DNA of 41,983 bases, taken from positions 1-41,983 of the IMG/VR virus record IMGVR_UViG_3300040734_000097. One strand, given 5' to 3'. The position numbers and the translations under genes were made by a program. A model generated the notes under the pieces. It was given only the letters and a program-made list of their open reading frames with translations. It was not told where the DNA came from and did not search any database. The stretch is from a virus. Its lineage: Duplodnaviria > Caudoviricetes. This document shows, piece by piece, positions 7,407 to 16,849 of the stretch (position 1 is its first letter; each line of letters starts with the position of its first letter).

Positions 7407-9468
7407 CTTCACAGTCGAGGAATATGCCGAGTTCCTGAAAAAGGAACTGGCAGGTACAGATATCGTCCCCATGGGGATAATGACACCCGGCAAGCGGGGA
7501 CGGAAGCCAAAACAACATGATCAGGCTGTCCCGACCACCAGAATAGAGCAGGCTGCTCCCAATCCTATATATAATGAAGTGGATGATACCTCTATAAATG
7601 AATCCCAACAACTCACCCTCTATGATAATGCCTATATCGATTTCAGTCCCCGGGAGAACCCGGCTCTGCAGTATGATGCGGAAGCCAGGCTGCTGGGGCA
7701 CTTCTGTACTCTGGTTATCCGCAGACTGGAAGACTGTGAGTCCAGGGTGGAAGAGTGGAAGCAGATTGTAATCGATTACAATAATGGCAATCTGGTTCCT
7801 GAACTATTCAAGCTGCGGGGAGAACGTAAAGAACGGGCTCTGCGAACCTGGATTGACCTCTACATCCAGACTGAACGGGATATGTATGCCCTACTGCATG
7901 GAAACAAGAACAGCACCCGCAAACGCAAGATCAGCGAGATCGAAGGCAAGATACTGCTCAGCATCCTGCTGCATCCCAATAAAGTTACCATCGGCTCTGC
8001 CATCACCATGCTGAAAGCTCAAGCCCGCATGGGGCAGTATGAGTCTCCTTCCTGCAAACCAACCCTCAGACGCTGGTGTGAGGACTGGCGAAACGATAAC
8101 CTGGCGATCTGGGAGCAAACCCGCAAGGGCAGTAAGTTTGTAGCGGAGCACATCATCAAGACCATCCACCGCGACAGCCGCTTACTTAAGGTCGGTCAGG
8201 TCTGGGTAGCGGATGGTCATACGCTGGCTTTCGATATCCTCAACCCCAAGACCGGGAAAGCGCAACGTATGACTATGATCATGGTAATGGACTGGGCAAG
8301 CCGCTATCCGGTAGGTGCCTCACTCGCCTTCACGGAAGACAGCCACCATATCCAGGTAGCTTTCAGAAACGGCTTCTTGAACTGGGGAGCTTTACCGCAG
8401 TGCGTATATCTCGATAATGGCAAAGCCTTCCGGTCAAAGCTGTTTCATGAAGAGTGGGATCATCACGATCTGGAGTTGGAACTGGGTGGTATCTTCCCCA
8501 AGCTGGGGATCGAAGCCCACTTCGCCGAAAGCTACAATGCCAAAGCCAAGATCATTGAGCGCTTCTTCAAGACCTTCCAGGAGCAGTTCGAACGGTTCAT
8601 CTCCTCCTTTAGGGGTGCATCTATTGCCGATAAACCAGCCACGCTGATGCGGAATGAGAAATGGGTCAAGAAGATGTATGAGGGAGAACCACCGACTATC
8701 GAAGAGACGATGCGGATGATCGGTTATTATGTCCGCTACATCTATGGGGATAATCCGCATGGCGGTTTGAACGGCAAGACTCCCTGGCAGGTCTTCAGTT
8801 CTGCACCCTTACCAGAGGGCAGAATAGTGCAGCCGGAAAAACTGAACTTCATGATGCTGGCTACCGAGCGTAAATCAGTCCGTAACGACGGCATTGTGTT
8901 CAATAAGCTGCAATACTGGCATCCGGAGCTGATCAAGCATATCGGAAAGCCGATAGTGTTCCGGTATGACTATGCAGATGCCAGATGGATACTGGTCTAT
9001 GATACGAGAGACAAGTTCATCTGCCAGGCAGAACTGAGAAGATCACAGCATCCCTTTGTCCATCTCGATAAGGATAATCCCATCTCCCATAAAGAACTGA
9101 ATACCGAATACAAGTATATCAAGAAGCTGCAACGCATGAATGAACAGCAGTCCAAGCTATTCGTGAAAAAGAACCAGGAGTCGGTAGACCGCATCCTCAA
9201 ACCACTACTTGAAGCCAGGCAAGCCAATCCCACCTTCATCCAGCCTCCTATGATCGAAGCTCCCAAACCCGGACCCGAGGAGGAGATCGCCAGGTTGGAG
9301 GAGATCGTGACCAGTCAGAGCCAACCGGCTGCCATAGAGCCTGACATCAAACCTGTTATCAATCAAAGTTCTAAACAAGCCGATACTGCCCCTGGGCAGG
9401 ATCAGCAATACAATCCCTTTGAGGATGAGAGCTTCACCGAGATGTTGAAAACCATCGGAATCAAATAA
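7393..9468 (+). CDS. Mu-like DDE transposase (MuA-like)
   Basis: WVADGH, MDWASRY, YLDNGKAF and KIIERFF DDE motifs; C-terminal RKSVRNDGIVF...YW...FRYD domain. Confidence 0.93.
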   Translation: MNLYDFTVEEYAEFLKKELAGTDIVPMGIMTPGKRGRKPKQHDQAVPTTRIEQAAPNPIYNEVDDTSINESQQLTLYDNAYIDFSPRENPALQYDAEARLLGHFCTLVIRRLEDCESRVEEWKQIVIDYNNGNLVPELFKLRGERKERALRTWIDLYIQTERDMYALLHGNKNSTRKRKISEIEGKILLSILLHPNKVTIGSAITMLKAQARMGQYESPSCKPTLRRWCEDWRNDNLAIWEQTRKGSKFVAEHIIKTIHRDSRLLKVGQVWVADGHTLAFDILNPKTGKAQRMTMIMVMDWASRYPVGASLAFTEDSHHIQVAFRNGFLNWGALPQCVYLDNGKAFRSKLFHEEWDHHDLELELGGIFPKLGIEAHFAESYNAKAKIIERFFKTFQEQFERFISSFRGASIADKPATLMRNEKWVKKMYEGEPPTIEETMRMIGYYVRYIYGDNPHGGLNGKTPWQVFSSAPLPEGRIVQPEKLNFMMLATERKSVRNDGIVFNKLQYWHPELIKHIGKPIVFRYDYADARWILVYDTRDKFICQAELRRSQHPFVHLDKDNPISHKELNTEYKYIKKLQRMNEQQSKLFVKKNQESVDRILKPLLEARQANPTFIQPPMIEAPKPGPEEEIARLEEIVTSQSQPAAIEPDIKPVINQSSKQADTAPGQDQQYNPFEDESFTEMLKTIGIK

Positions 9469-9480
9469 AGGAGGAAACAA

Positions 9481-10197
9481 GTGAAACAAGGTAAGCTCGT
9501 ACCAATCACCAACGTTCAGAAAGCCGACCGCTGTATCGACTTTCTACTCAACCGTCCCCGTATGGAGATGGTGGGACTGGGTATGCTGTATGGCAGACCC
9601 GGACTGGGCAAGACCACTTATGCCAGACGTATCGCCTATACCCGTGGCTATGTATATCTCAGACTGGAAGCCACGACTACTCCCAAGACCTTCGCCAAAG
9701 AACTGCTGCAAAGCTTGTATATCAGCTTCGGCATGGGAGACTATCTCCCGGCAGGAACCACCAACAATCTCTACAAGCAGAGCATCCAACTGCTCTATGA
9801 TCACGAGGACACGGTGATCATCATCGATGAGATCGATTATGCCTTCCGCTATCCCCAATTACTCGGGGCGATCCGGGACCTGGTGGACGAGACACTGGCG
9901 GTTGTAGTGCTTGTGGGCATGCAGAATGCCAAGGACAGGCTCAACCAGATCAATGAATACTACTTTGACCGCTGTAACTACTTCTATGAGTTCCAGTCGG
10001 TCAGCCTGGATGATATCAGGCAGATTGCCCAGGATGTTATGAGCGTAGAATGCAGTGAAGCAATGGTTAACTATATCCATCACAACTCGGCTGGCAACTT
10101 ACGCAAAGCCATCAAGATCATGCACATGCTGGAATGCCAGTACAAGATCAATCCCATCCAGGCGATGAACGATATCCTGGCACAAGGGGCATTATGA
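9481..10197 (+). CDS. MuB-like AAA+ ATPase
   Basis: Walker A GRPGLGKT, Walker B IIIDEID, VLVGM, GNLR; directly follows the transposase. Confidence 0.9.
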   Translation: MKQGKLVPITNVQKADRCIDFLLNRPRMEMVGLGMLYGRPGLGKTTYARRIAYTRGYVYLRLEATTTPKTFAKELLQSLYISFGMGDYLPAGTTNNLYKQSIQLLYDHEDTVIIIDEIDYAFRYPQLLGAIRDLVDETLAVVVLVGMQNAKDRLNQINEYYFDRCNYFYEFQSVSLDDIRQIAQDVMSVECSEAMVNYIHHNSAGNLRKAIKIMHMLECQYKINPIQAMNDILAQGAL

Positions 10198-10727
10198 ATA
10201 ACCAAGACCTGATCCTGCGCTTCGTCAGTTCATTCCCGATCTACTACACAGTCGATACTGTGGTTGAGTGTACGGGTCTGGAGCATAAGGAAGTGGCTTA
10301 CTATTTGAAAGTCTTGGTTAACATTGATGTGATCCGCAGGATTTCCAAGAAAGAACATATTTACGTAACCAAGAAGAGCTATAGCGCTGATAAGGTGCGC
10401 ACCATCCACAGCAAGAACTGGGTGTTCAACCTGAAGGATTGCCAAGATATAACCTCTTTACTGAGCCATACCAGAGTGAAGAGCATCAGAGACCTGGCAG
10501 TAATGCTCGAACGCAGCCGGCAGTGGGTCTATCTGTATCTGGAGGCTTTGATCTCGGTGGATGCGGTAGGTATCAGCAAGCAAGGTTACTATACCAAGGA
10601 CATGGCAAACATCTTCAAGGTCGGCTCCGTGATCAAGAAAGGCATTATCAGCGAGCAAAGAGACGCTTGCGGTATCCAGCCCAAGAAACGCAGCAGGAAA
10701 GCTGCAAAAACCCCTATCAACCAATAA
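10194..10727 (+). CDS. Hypothetical early protein, probably winged-HTH
   Basis: ATGA overlap with the ATPase stop; two wHTH-like segments (VAYYLKVLV, IRDLAVMLERSRQWVYLYL). Confidence 0.6.
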   Translation: MNNQDLILRFVSSFPIYYTVDTVVECTGLEHKEVAYYLKVLVNIDVIRRISKKEHIYVTKKSYSADKVRTIHSKNWVFNLKDCQDITSLLSHTRVKSIRDLAVMLERSRQWVYLYLEALISVDAVGISKQGYYTKDMANIFKVGSVIKKGIISEQRDACGIQPKKRSRKAAKTPINQ

Positions 10728-10743
10728 ACAAGGACGGCATTCT

Positions 10744-11223
10744 ATGGCACAGGAACAGCGGGAACGACAACTACGGCAACAAATCCATGCCCTCCGGGTC
10801 AAGAAGTTTCACTGGACTCTGGACGGGTTCAAGTTCATCATTAACGGTCTGGGCTATGGTGAGTCGCTTACCGCACTTCCTGAGCACAGGCTCATTGAGC
10901 TTAAAGACCTCATGCTCCGTTACCGTAAGCATGGACGTCCCCAAGCCTTCACCTTCGATAAACAAGGCAAGTTCATGTTCGCCCTGATGAAACAGGCAAA
11001 CTGGACTGAGCCTGACCTAAGGGCATATATGATCAAGCACTATCGCAAGAGCCACTGGAACCTGCTGGATAAGAAAGAACGCAGAGCAGTTATCGCCATG
11101 CTGCAGAACTACATCAAGAAAACACAAACTGATCAAAACGAAAACAACTCAAATCAGGATAGAATCGAAAACTACAATCATAAGGAGACATCTAATGGAA
11201 ACCCCCAAAACCCCCAAGCCTAA
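10744..11223 (+). CDS. GemA/DUF1018-like regulatory protein
   Basis: QIHAL...SLTAL...L and AVIAML pattern; position typical for Mu-like phages. Confidence 0.65.
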   Translation: MAQEQRERQLRQQIHALRVKKFHWTLDGFKFIINGLGYGESLTALPEHRLIELKDLMLRYRKHGRPQAFTFDKQGKFMFALMKQANWTEPDLRAYMIKHYRKSHWNLLDKKERRAVIAMLQNYIKKTQTDQNENNSNQDRIENYNHKETSNGNPQNPQA

Positions 11224-11818
11224 GAAGACCGCCGACCGCACCAAGACAGATGCTAACGGACAGAGCATCCCCATCTCGATTATCAAACCGGAAATCCTCA
11301 AGCAGGATGCCATCGTGAACAAGACCATCGAAAGAGCCAAGAAACTGCAGGAACGCATCATCAGAGATAAAGCCAAACTCTTTGAGGAAGTGGAACTCTA
11401 CCTGGAAGAGGTAGCCGAGAAGAACGGACTGGAATGGAAAGGCAATGCCATCCTCAACAGCTTTGACGGACAGAACCGGGTGGAGATCAGGTTCAAGGAA
11501 CGTATCCAGTTCGGGATCGAACTACAACTCGCCAAGCAGAAGATCGATGAGTGTTTGAAGGAGTGGTCAGCCGACTCCAATGCCAACCTCAGAGCCATCA
11601 TCAGTGAAGCTTTCCAGGTGGATAAGAAAGGTGAGATCGCCAAGTACCGCATCCTGCGCCTGCGTAGATACAATATCAAAGACCAGGTTTGGAAGGAAGC
11701 TATGGAACTGATCGACCAGGCGATCCAGGTTGTATCCACCAAGCAGTACATCACCTTCTATGAGAAGGATGAGTCCGGACAACAGCGTCAGATCGTGCTC
11801 AACTTCAGCACCCTGTAA
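11195..11818 (+). CDS. DUF3164 family protein
   Basis: GN..LNSFDG, FGIELQLAKQKIDECL.EWS, AFQVDKKG, ILRLRR, WKEAM, KQYI.FY; a family common in transposable phages. Confidence 0.85.
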   Translation: METPKTPKPKKTADRTKTDANGQSIPISIIKPEILKQDAIVNKTIERAKKLQERIIRDKAKLFEEVELYLEEVAEKNGLEWKGNAILNSFDGQNRVEIRFKERIQFGIELQLAKQKIDECLKEWSADSNANLRAIISEAFQVDKKGEIAKYRILRLRRYNIKDQVWKEAMELIDQAIQVVSTKQYITFYEKDESGQQRQIVLNFSTL

Positions 11819-11877
11819 GAAAGAATGATTGGTATCCTAATGCAAGTGGATTTGAACTAAATACGGGAGAATGAATA

Positions 11878-12129
11878 ATGACATCCATGAATACCAATAC
11901 CGCAGAGGAGATAAAACCGATGAGCGTCTTCAATGATGAACGCAACTACCGCACGGATGAGATAGCCGATATCCTCCGGGTCGACCGATCCAGTGTTTAC
12001 CGCTGGATACGGGACATAGAGAACCCTCTGCCTGCCTTCCGCACCAAAGAGAATGGTCAACTGCGCTGCAAGGGCAAAGACCTCAATGCTTACTTAGATA
12101 AATACAAGGTACGCCCTGAGTATGAGTAA
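11878..12129 (+). CDS. Small excisionase-like HTH protein
   Basis: YRTDEIADILRVDRSSVYRWIR...LPAFR pattern. Confidence 0.75.
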   Translation: MTSMNTNTAEEIKPMSVFNDERNYRTDEIADILRVDRSSVYRWIRDIENPLPAFRTKENGQLRCKGKDLNAYLDKYKVRPEYE

Positions 12130-12571
12130 CGCACTGGAGTTCCGCATCAAGCGGGACAACTGCAAAGAAGCCTATCTGAACGGCAAGACCGATCCCACTG
12201 AGCTGGCGGTGATCTTCGGAGTTTCCGACATCACCGTCCGCAAGTGGATCAAATCCGGCAAGTGGGATGAGCTGTTCAAGGAAGAGCGCAAGCTTGACCA
12301 TGAGATCAGCTTAGCCCGCAAGAAGGCTCTCATCCAGGCACTTCGTGAATATGCCAAGAATCCTGCCGATACTGCTCTGCAGAGCCTTGTAAGCCTGATC
12401 AAGCAGAACCAGAAAGACAGTGAGCCTGCCAAGGAGCTGAACGATTACATCGTGCGCTTCCTGGATCAGGTAACCGACTTTATGATCGAGAAAGGGCAAG
12501 AGACAATGCTCAAGCAGTTCCAAGGTATAGTCCTTGACCTTGCCGAGTACTTAAGAGTCAGAAATGGATAA
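12122..12571 (+). CDS. Putative terminase small subunit (HTH, DUF1804-like)
   Basis: ELAVIFGVSDITVRKWIKSGKWD HTH; lies upstream of the large terminase. Confidence 0.7.
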   Translation: MSNALEFRIKRDNCKEAYLNGKTDPTELAVIFGVSDITVRKWIKSGKWDELFKEERKLDHEISLARKKALIQALREYAKNPADTALQSLVSLIKQNQKDSEPAKELNDYIVRFLDQVTDFMIEKGQETMLKQFQGIVLDLAEYLRVRNG

Positions 12572-12719
12572 ATTTACAGCCACGGACATGGTTGCCTCCA
12601 AGCCTACCCTCCAAACCCAAACCTGCCAAGCGGAGCCGTCGCCTCCGGCTCCGCACTTTCATGGTTACCCTCCGAAACCCCGGGGTCCCCGACTCCCGGC
12701 TTGCCGGGGGTTGGGGTAA
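12564..12719 (+). CDS. Putative 51-aa Pro-rich linker ORF
   Basis: ATG overlaps the end of terS; TAA ends 9 nt before the terL ATG in the same frame; not in the ORF track. Confidence 0.35.
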   Translation: MDKFTATDMVASKPTLQTQTCQAEPSPPAPHFHGYPPKPRGPRLPACRGLG

Positions 12720-12728
12720 TTCCGGGTT

Positions 12729-14282
12729 ATGTCTAAGAAGTTCATTCAGCGACATAACAAGGCACTGGCGGAGATCGCTTCCAAAACGATCTCCGTCTTG
12801 CCTTTTTTAGACGATAATCCAGAAGCCAAGTCCGAGAGGATTAGAAGGACAACATCAGAGGGTTGGGATGCCTTCTCGTTCTTCTGTCATACCTATTTTC
12901 CGCATATCTTTCCACTACCTTTTTGCCCAGCGCATGAGACTATGTTTAATGAGACGGGTTCGGGCTCAGGCATCATCGGAATCACAGGTTTTCGTGGGCT
13001 GGGCAAAACGGTACTCATGGGAGTGGTCTATCCGATCTGGATGATCATCAAAGGTGAACGCTACATCATCCATACAGCCGCAGACATTGATCTTGCTCAG
13101 GAGAGGACAGCGTTTACATTGCACGAACTGCAGAACAACAAGCGACTCACCATCGACTATCCTGAGCTGCAGCCAGTGGATTCCTTCGATCTCGACTTCT
13201 ATCTCAAGAATAAAGCCAGGATTAGAGCAAGAAGTATCAAACAGAGCCATAGAGGTACGATCAATCCAAAGACTGCCAAACGTCCCGGACTGATTGTCTG
13301 CGATGATATAGATAAAGAAGAGAACATGGGTAACCAGTCCATCGGCAAGAGACGCATGGAGAAGATATCTCAGGAGCTTGCCGGAGCCTTGGCCCCAGAT
13401 GGCAGTGGCAAGATCATCTGGCTCGGTAACCTGGTGCACCCCAATTATGCCATCTGCCAGTTTCAGGAACTCATATTAAGCGAAATACGGGCAGATAATC
13501 AGGAAGTTGATACAACATGCCAATCAGTCCTGAAAACGCACCAGAAAGCGATTTTGCGCTTCTCTCTCGAAGATCTGCATGGCAAGTCCATCTGGGAGGA
13601 GCAATACCCTACTGCCACCCTGCCAAACCTGAGAGCCAAGTTCGGGATGACAGGATATCAAAGGGAGATGCTTGGACAGCCTGTTATCGAAGGGAACATC
13701 TTTAAGAACCACTGGTTCACCAAGTATAGATCTCTGCCTGAGCCATCCCAGATGAAGCGGGTCTGGCTCTATGCCGATCCTGCCTGGGGAGAGAAGGGTT
13801 GCTTCAAAGCCATCATCTCTATTGGGTATGATGGTAATCGCTTCTATGTGCTTCACGTCTGGATGCGTCAGACCGAGAATACCAAGTTCTTCAGATACTA
13901 CTTTGATGCTTACCAGGAGCTTGATCGCACCTACAGAGTGAAAGCCAGGGCAGCCTGTGAAACCACCTATGGACAGGCTCGTATCCTGGCTGACTTCGAC
14001 AGATGGGCACAGGATAACCATCTGCCACCTATCAGTCACAGAATCAAGCGTATCGATAACAAGGATAACAAGAATCTCCGCATTGAGAGGACCGAGACCA
14101 TCATCGAGACGGCCAAGGTGCTTTTCCCTGAAGGACAGGATACTCCCACCCTCATCAGTCAGTTCCTTACTTATCCTGATGGCTATATCGATGGCTGTGA
14201 TGCTCTGGCTGGCTGTCTGGAACGCTTTTCCGAATACGATATCGGCAGGAACAGAGTGAAAGTCCGGAGGTTTTCCTTCTGA
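12729..14282 (+). CDS. Terminase large subunit
   Basis: GFRGLGKT Walker A, LIVCDD Walker B, nuclease motifs YADPA and DGCDA. Confidence 0.88.
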   Translation: MSKKFIQRHNKALAEIASKTISVLPFLDDNPEAKSERIRRTTSEGWDAFSFFCHTYFPHIFPLPFCPAHETMFNETGSGSGIIGITGFRGLGKTVLMGVVYPIWMIIKGERYIIHTAADIDLAQERTAFTLHELQNNKRLTIDYPELQPVDSFDLDFYLKNKARIRARSIKQSHRGTINPKTAKRPGLIVCDDIDKEENMGNQSIGKRRMEKISQELAGALAPDGSGKIIWLGNLVHPNYAICQFQELILSEIRADNQEVDTTCQSVLKTHQKAILRFSLEDLHGKSIWEEQYPTATLPNLRAKFGMTGYQREMLGQPVIEGNIFKNHWFTKYRSLPEPSQMKRVWLYADPAWGEKGCFKAIISIGYDGNRFYVLHVWMRQTENTKFFRYYFDAYQELDRTYRVKARAACETTYGQARILADFDRWAQDNHLPPISHRIKRIDNKDNKNLRIERTETIIETAKVLFPEGQDTPTLISQFLTYPDGYIDGCDALAGCLERFSEYDIGRNRVKVRRFSF

Positions 14283-15160
14283 TGAACTACTACGATAAGC
14301 TTATGTTGGAGTACTACCGGGTCCTCAACAATGCCTGGAAGACCGAGATCAGGGATGCAGCCCGACTTGCCATCCAGATGCTGAGTGACATGCCGAGAGC
14401 TGAGAAACTCAACCAGAGCTCAATAGATAAGCTTATGGGCATCATCAATACTCAATTGGGAGATGACTTCGCAGCACTGGTCAATGAGCCCACCAAGGCG
14501 ATAATAGACCGCTGTGTGCGGCTCGGACTCAGGGACACCCAAGTGCAAGCTCCAACCATGACCAGCATCGGGCTCTGGGGCATCGAAGATCAGCATCTTT
14601 CATCCACCATCCAGAAACAGCAGTTGTTCTGGATCGGGAATCACTTTGAAGCCGATGTCAGGCAGAGCTTTGCTGATACCCTCACCAAAGCAATCGAGCA
14701 GGGTTATACTAAAGAGATGCTTGCGAATACCCTCAAAGAGCAGTTCAATGATCTTGCTAACAGATCATCGCATTACTGGCAGGGACTAGCAGAGCATACC
14801 GCCCTGAGAATAAGAGAGTTTGGAAGATTGCAGGGCTATAAAAAAGCCAAAGCCAGATACTACAAGCTCGTAGTGATCCTGGATGATCGCACCAGTGATA
14901 TCTGCCGTGCTTTGGCAGCTCAAGACAGGGTCTATCCGCTTAACGATGCCCTAGAAGTGATGGATAATCTGATGGCTTTGGATACCAAGTCGAACAATCT
15001 GGACGATGCCAGAGAATACATTAAAGCTCTTGCACCCTGGATCAAGGACGACCAAATCGAATACGACTCAGAAATGAACCCAGTAGGGGTTTCCGGAGCG
15101 CACACTCCTTTCCCACCGTTTCATTGGAAGTGCAGGACGACAACTCTGATTATTTCTTAG
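14282..15160 (+). CDS. MuF-family minor head protein, no C-terminal toxin domain
   Basis: LDDRTSDIC and PPFHWKCRT motifs; the protein ends right after the latter. Confidence 0.85.
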   Translation: MNYYDKLMLEYYRVLNNAWKTEIRDAARLAIQMLSDMPRAEKLNQSSIDKLMGIINTQLGDDFAALVNEPTKAIIDRCVRLGLRDTQVQAPTMTSIGLWGIEDQHLSSTIQKQQLFWIGNHFEADVRQSFADTLTKAIEQGYTKEMLANTLKEQFNDLANRSSHYWQGLAEHTALRIREFGRLQGYKKAKARYYKLVVILDDRTSDICRALAAQDRVYPLNDALEVMDNLMALDTKSNNLDDAREYIKALAPWIKDDQIEYDSEMNPVGVSGAHTPFPPFHWKCRTTTLIIS

Positions 15161-15797
15161 ATTTCTTACCAGTGTACTTTAAATAAGCAGCTTTCTCTTT
15201 ATCCCACCTGTAGTAGACAATCTTACTGATTCCAGTACTATTTATCAAATCTACAATCGGCATCATGTCTTCCCTACTCGCAGTAGTTATTCTTTTTTTT
15301 CCAATTTGGTGATAGAATAAACTCCAACTAATAAGAGCATCCTTCCATCCGACAGTTTTTTGATCAAAGACGAAGAGGAATGCTGGAGGATCAAGTACAT
15401 TGAGTAATTCCTTATCTGTATCTTTCACCATTTGTGTAAACTTCTGACCTGAAGTTCCACAGGCTGATAAACAAAAAATTACTTTGTCTTTAAATTTGGG
15501 ATTAAACAAAGATCCAATTAGTGAACCAAGTTCATGCCAGTCAATGTCGTCTTTTCCAATTCGTAATCCATCTGTATTGCCGTGACAGCTTAAGTGAAGA
15601 ACTAATGGCTGTAGTAAATCCTCTTTACTGATAGTAGCTATGTAATCTACGGTTTCTTCTAACTGACCCTTAGTAAGTACATCAAAAGTGGCAACAGAAT
15701 GCCCATACATGCAAATACTGGTTTTTAAACTATCAGACTCATTCAGTGATTCAGTCCTATCACCAGGACTGTTAGCTTCAATGATAAACACATTCAT
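15150..15797 (-). CDS. Stand-alone caspase-like (CHAT/clan CD) cysteine protease
   Basis: VLHLSCHG (His-Gly) and FCLSAC (Cys) dyad motifs; AGGAG RBS. Confidence 0.7.
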   Translation of the reverse strand: MNVFIIEANSPGDRTESLNESDSLKTSICMYGHSVATFDVLTKGQLEETVDYIATISKEDLLQPLVLHLSCHGNTDGLRIGKDDIDWHELGSLIGSLFNPKFKDKVIFCLSACGTSGQKFTQMVKDTDKELLNVLDPPAFLFVFDQKTVGWKDALISWSLFYHQIGKKRITTASREDMMPIVDLINSTGISKIVYYRWDKEKAAYLKYTGKKSKK

Positions 15798-15853
15798 ACT
15801 TTCTCCTAAGATATCTAATTTATTATCGGTTAGTTAGGAAATCACATAAATCC

Positions 15854-16768
15854 TCAACTATGGTATTGATTTGATTGCTCTATCAAACTCATTATTGAGG
15901 ATAACTGAGAATCATCTTTCATGGTTACTTGGTAATCTCCATTCCCCAATTTTCCTTTACTTGAAACATCGCTTGTGATCCCGATACTGTCTACCAAAGT
16001 ACCCTTCGGGACATTAATTGTAAGTTTTAGTTGTGATCGTTGAAGTTGAATATCAACAATGTTGGTATTCCCTTTGAAAGCTATATAATGCTTGAGTGGT
16101 TTCATTGTTAAATTCCATCTGCCCAATATACTATCTCTGACAGTCTCGAATAACGAACGAATCTCCTCACTGGCTTTCTGTAAATGATCTGTTTCTGTAT
16201 ATACAATGATTGCTCTGGTCACTTTCCCTAAAGATGTGTTAGATGGAGATATCTTCCTAATACTTGCGCCAGAACTTCCGTAGTCGATCCTCCGGAATGA
16301 AATATGATTACCTTGATATGTTTTCACTTCCCAAAGCGATATGGGCAGATCATTGAATATGAGTGAGCCCAACTGATAGGTATTGAAAGCAGTTGAAACA
16401 AAGTAAATCCTCGATTGTTCCCAATCGATATCCTTTATTTGATAGCTCTTGTTCTTTACAAGATTATACTTCAGCACAAAATCAGCCTTCCTATCAAGCA
16501 TCTTTCCCAAATATGCATAGCCCTGGTCAATAACACTTCTATTCTCACTCCTCTTGTATTCAATAATTACAAACGAATTTGTTTCTGGATCAAATGCAAG
16601 AGTATCAAGTCTGTAGTCTCCTACTGAAAATTCAGAGCACACATAATCAAGACCAAACAACGCAGTAAGATTCTTCTCTGCAATCGACTGCAGAATTCTC
16701 TCTTTAGCTATCTTTGTTTCTTTAACTTGGGTCAGTTTATTATCATCAGCAAGCTTGAATAATCTCAT
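15854..16768 (-). CDS. NucS/DUF91-like PD-(D/E)xK endonuclease with DUF5655-like C-terminal domain
   Basis: E..LQ, EF, RLDTLAFD, IIEYKR, DQG..Y; C-terminal KHYIAFK...GKLGNGDY. Confidence 0.75.
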   Translation of the reverse strand: MRLFKLADDNKLTQVKETKIAKERILQSIAEKNLTALFGLDYVCSEFSVGDYRLDTLAFDPETNSFVIIEYKRSENRSVIDQGYAYLGKMLDRKADFVLKYNLVKNKSYQIKDIDWEQSRIYFVSTAFNTYQLGSLIFNDLPISLWEVKTYQGNHISFRRIDYGSSGASIRKISPSNTSLGKVTRAIIVYTETDHLQKASEEIRSLFETVRDSILGRWNLTMKPLKHYIAFKGNTNIVDIQLQRSQLKLTINVPKGTLVDSIGITSDVSSKGKLGNGDYQVTMKDDSQLSSIMSLIEQSNQYHS

Positions 16769-16849
16769 AACGATTTCTCCTATATGTGATTCTACAGTTC
16801 ATCTGTTCGTTGTAGTACCAGCAAGTAGTAATTTGATGAGGTTCAGCAC

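Noticed and set aside
12675-12681. AAACCCC slippery heptamer before a hairpin
   Set aside because: A C-run in the second codon is atypical, and the leader ORF is already in frame with terL, so a shift would not produce a fusion.
14282-15160. MuF polymorphic toxin
   Set aside because: The protein ends right after the MuF motif; there is no toxin extension or co-oriented immunity gene.
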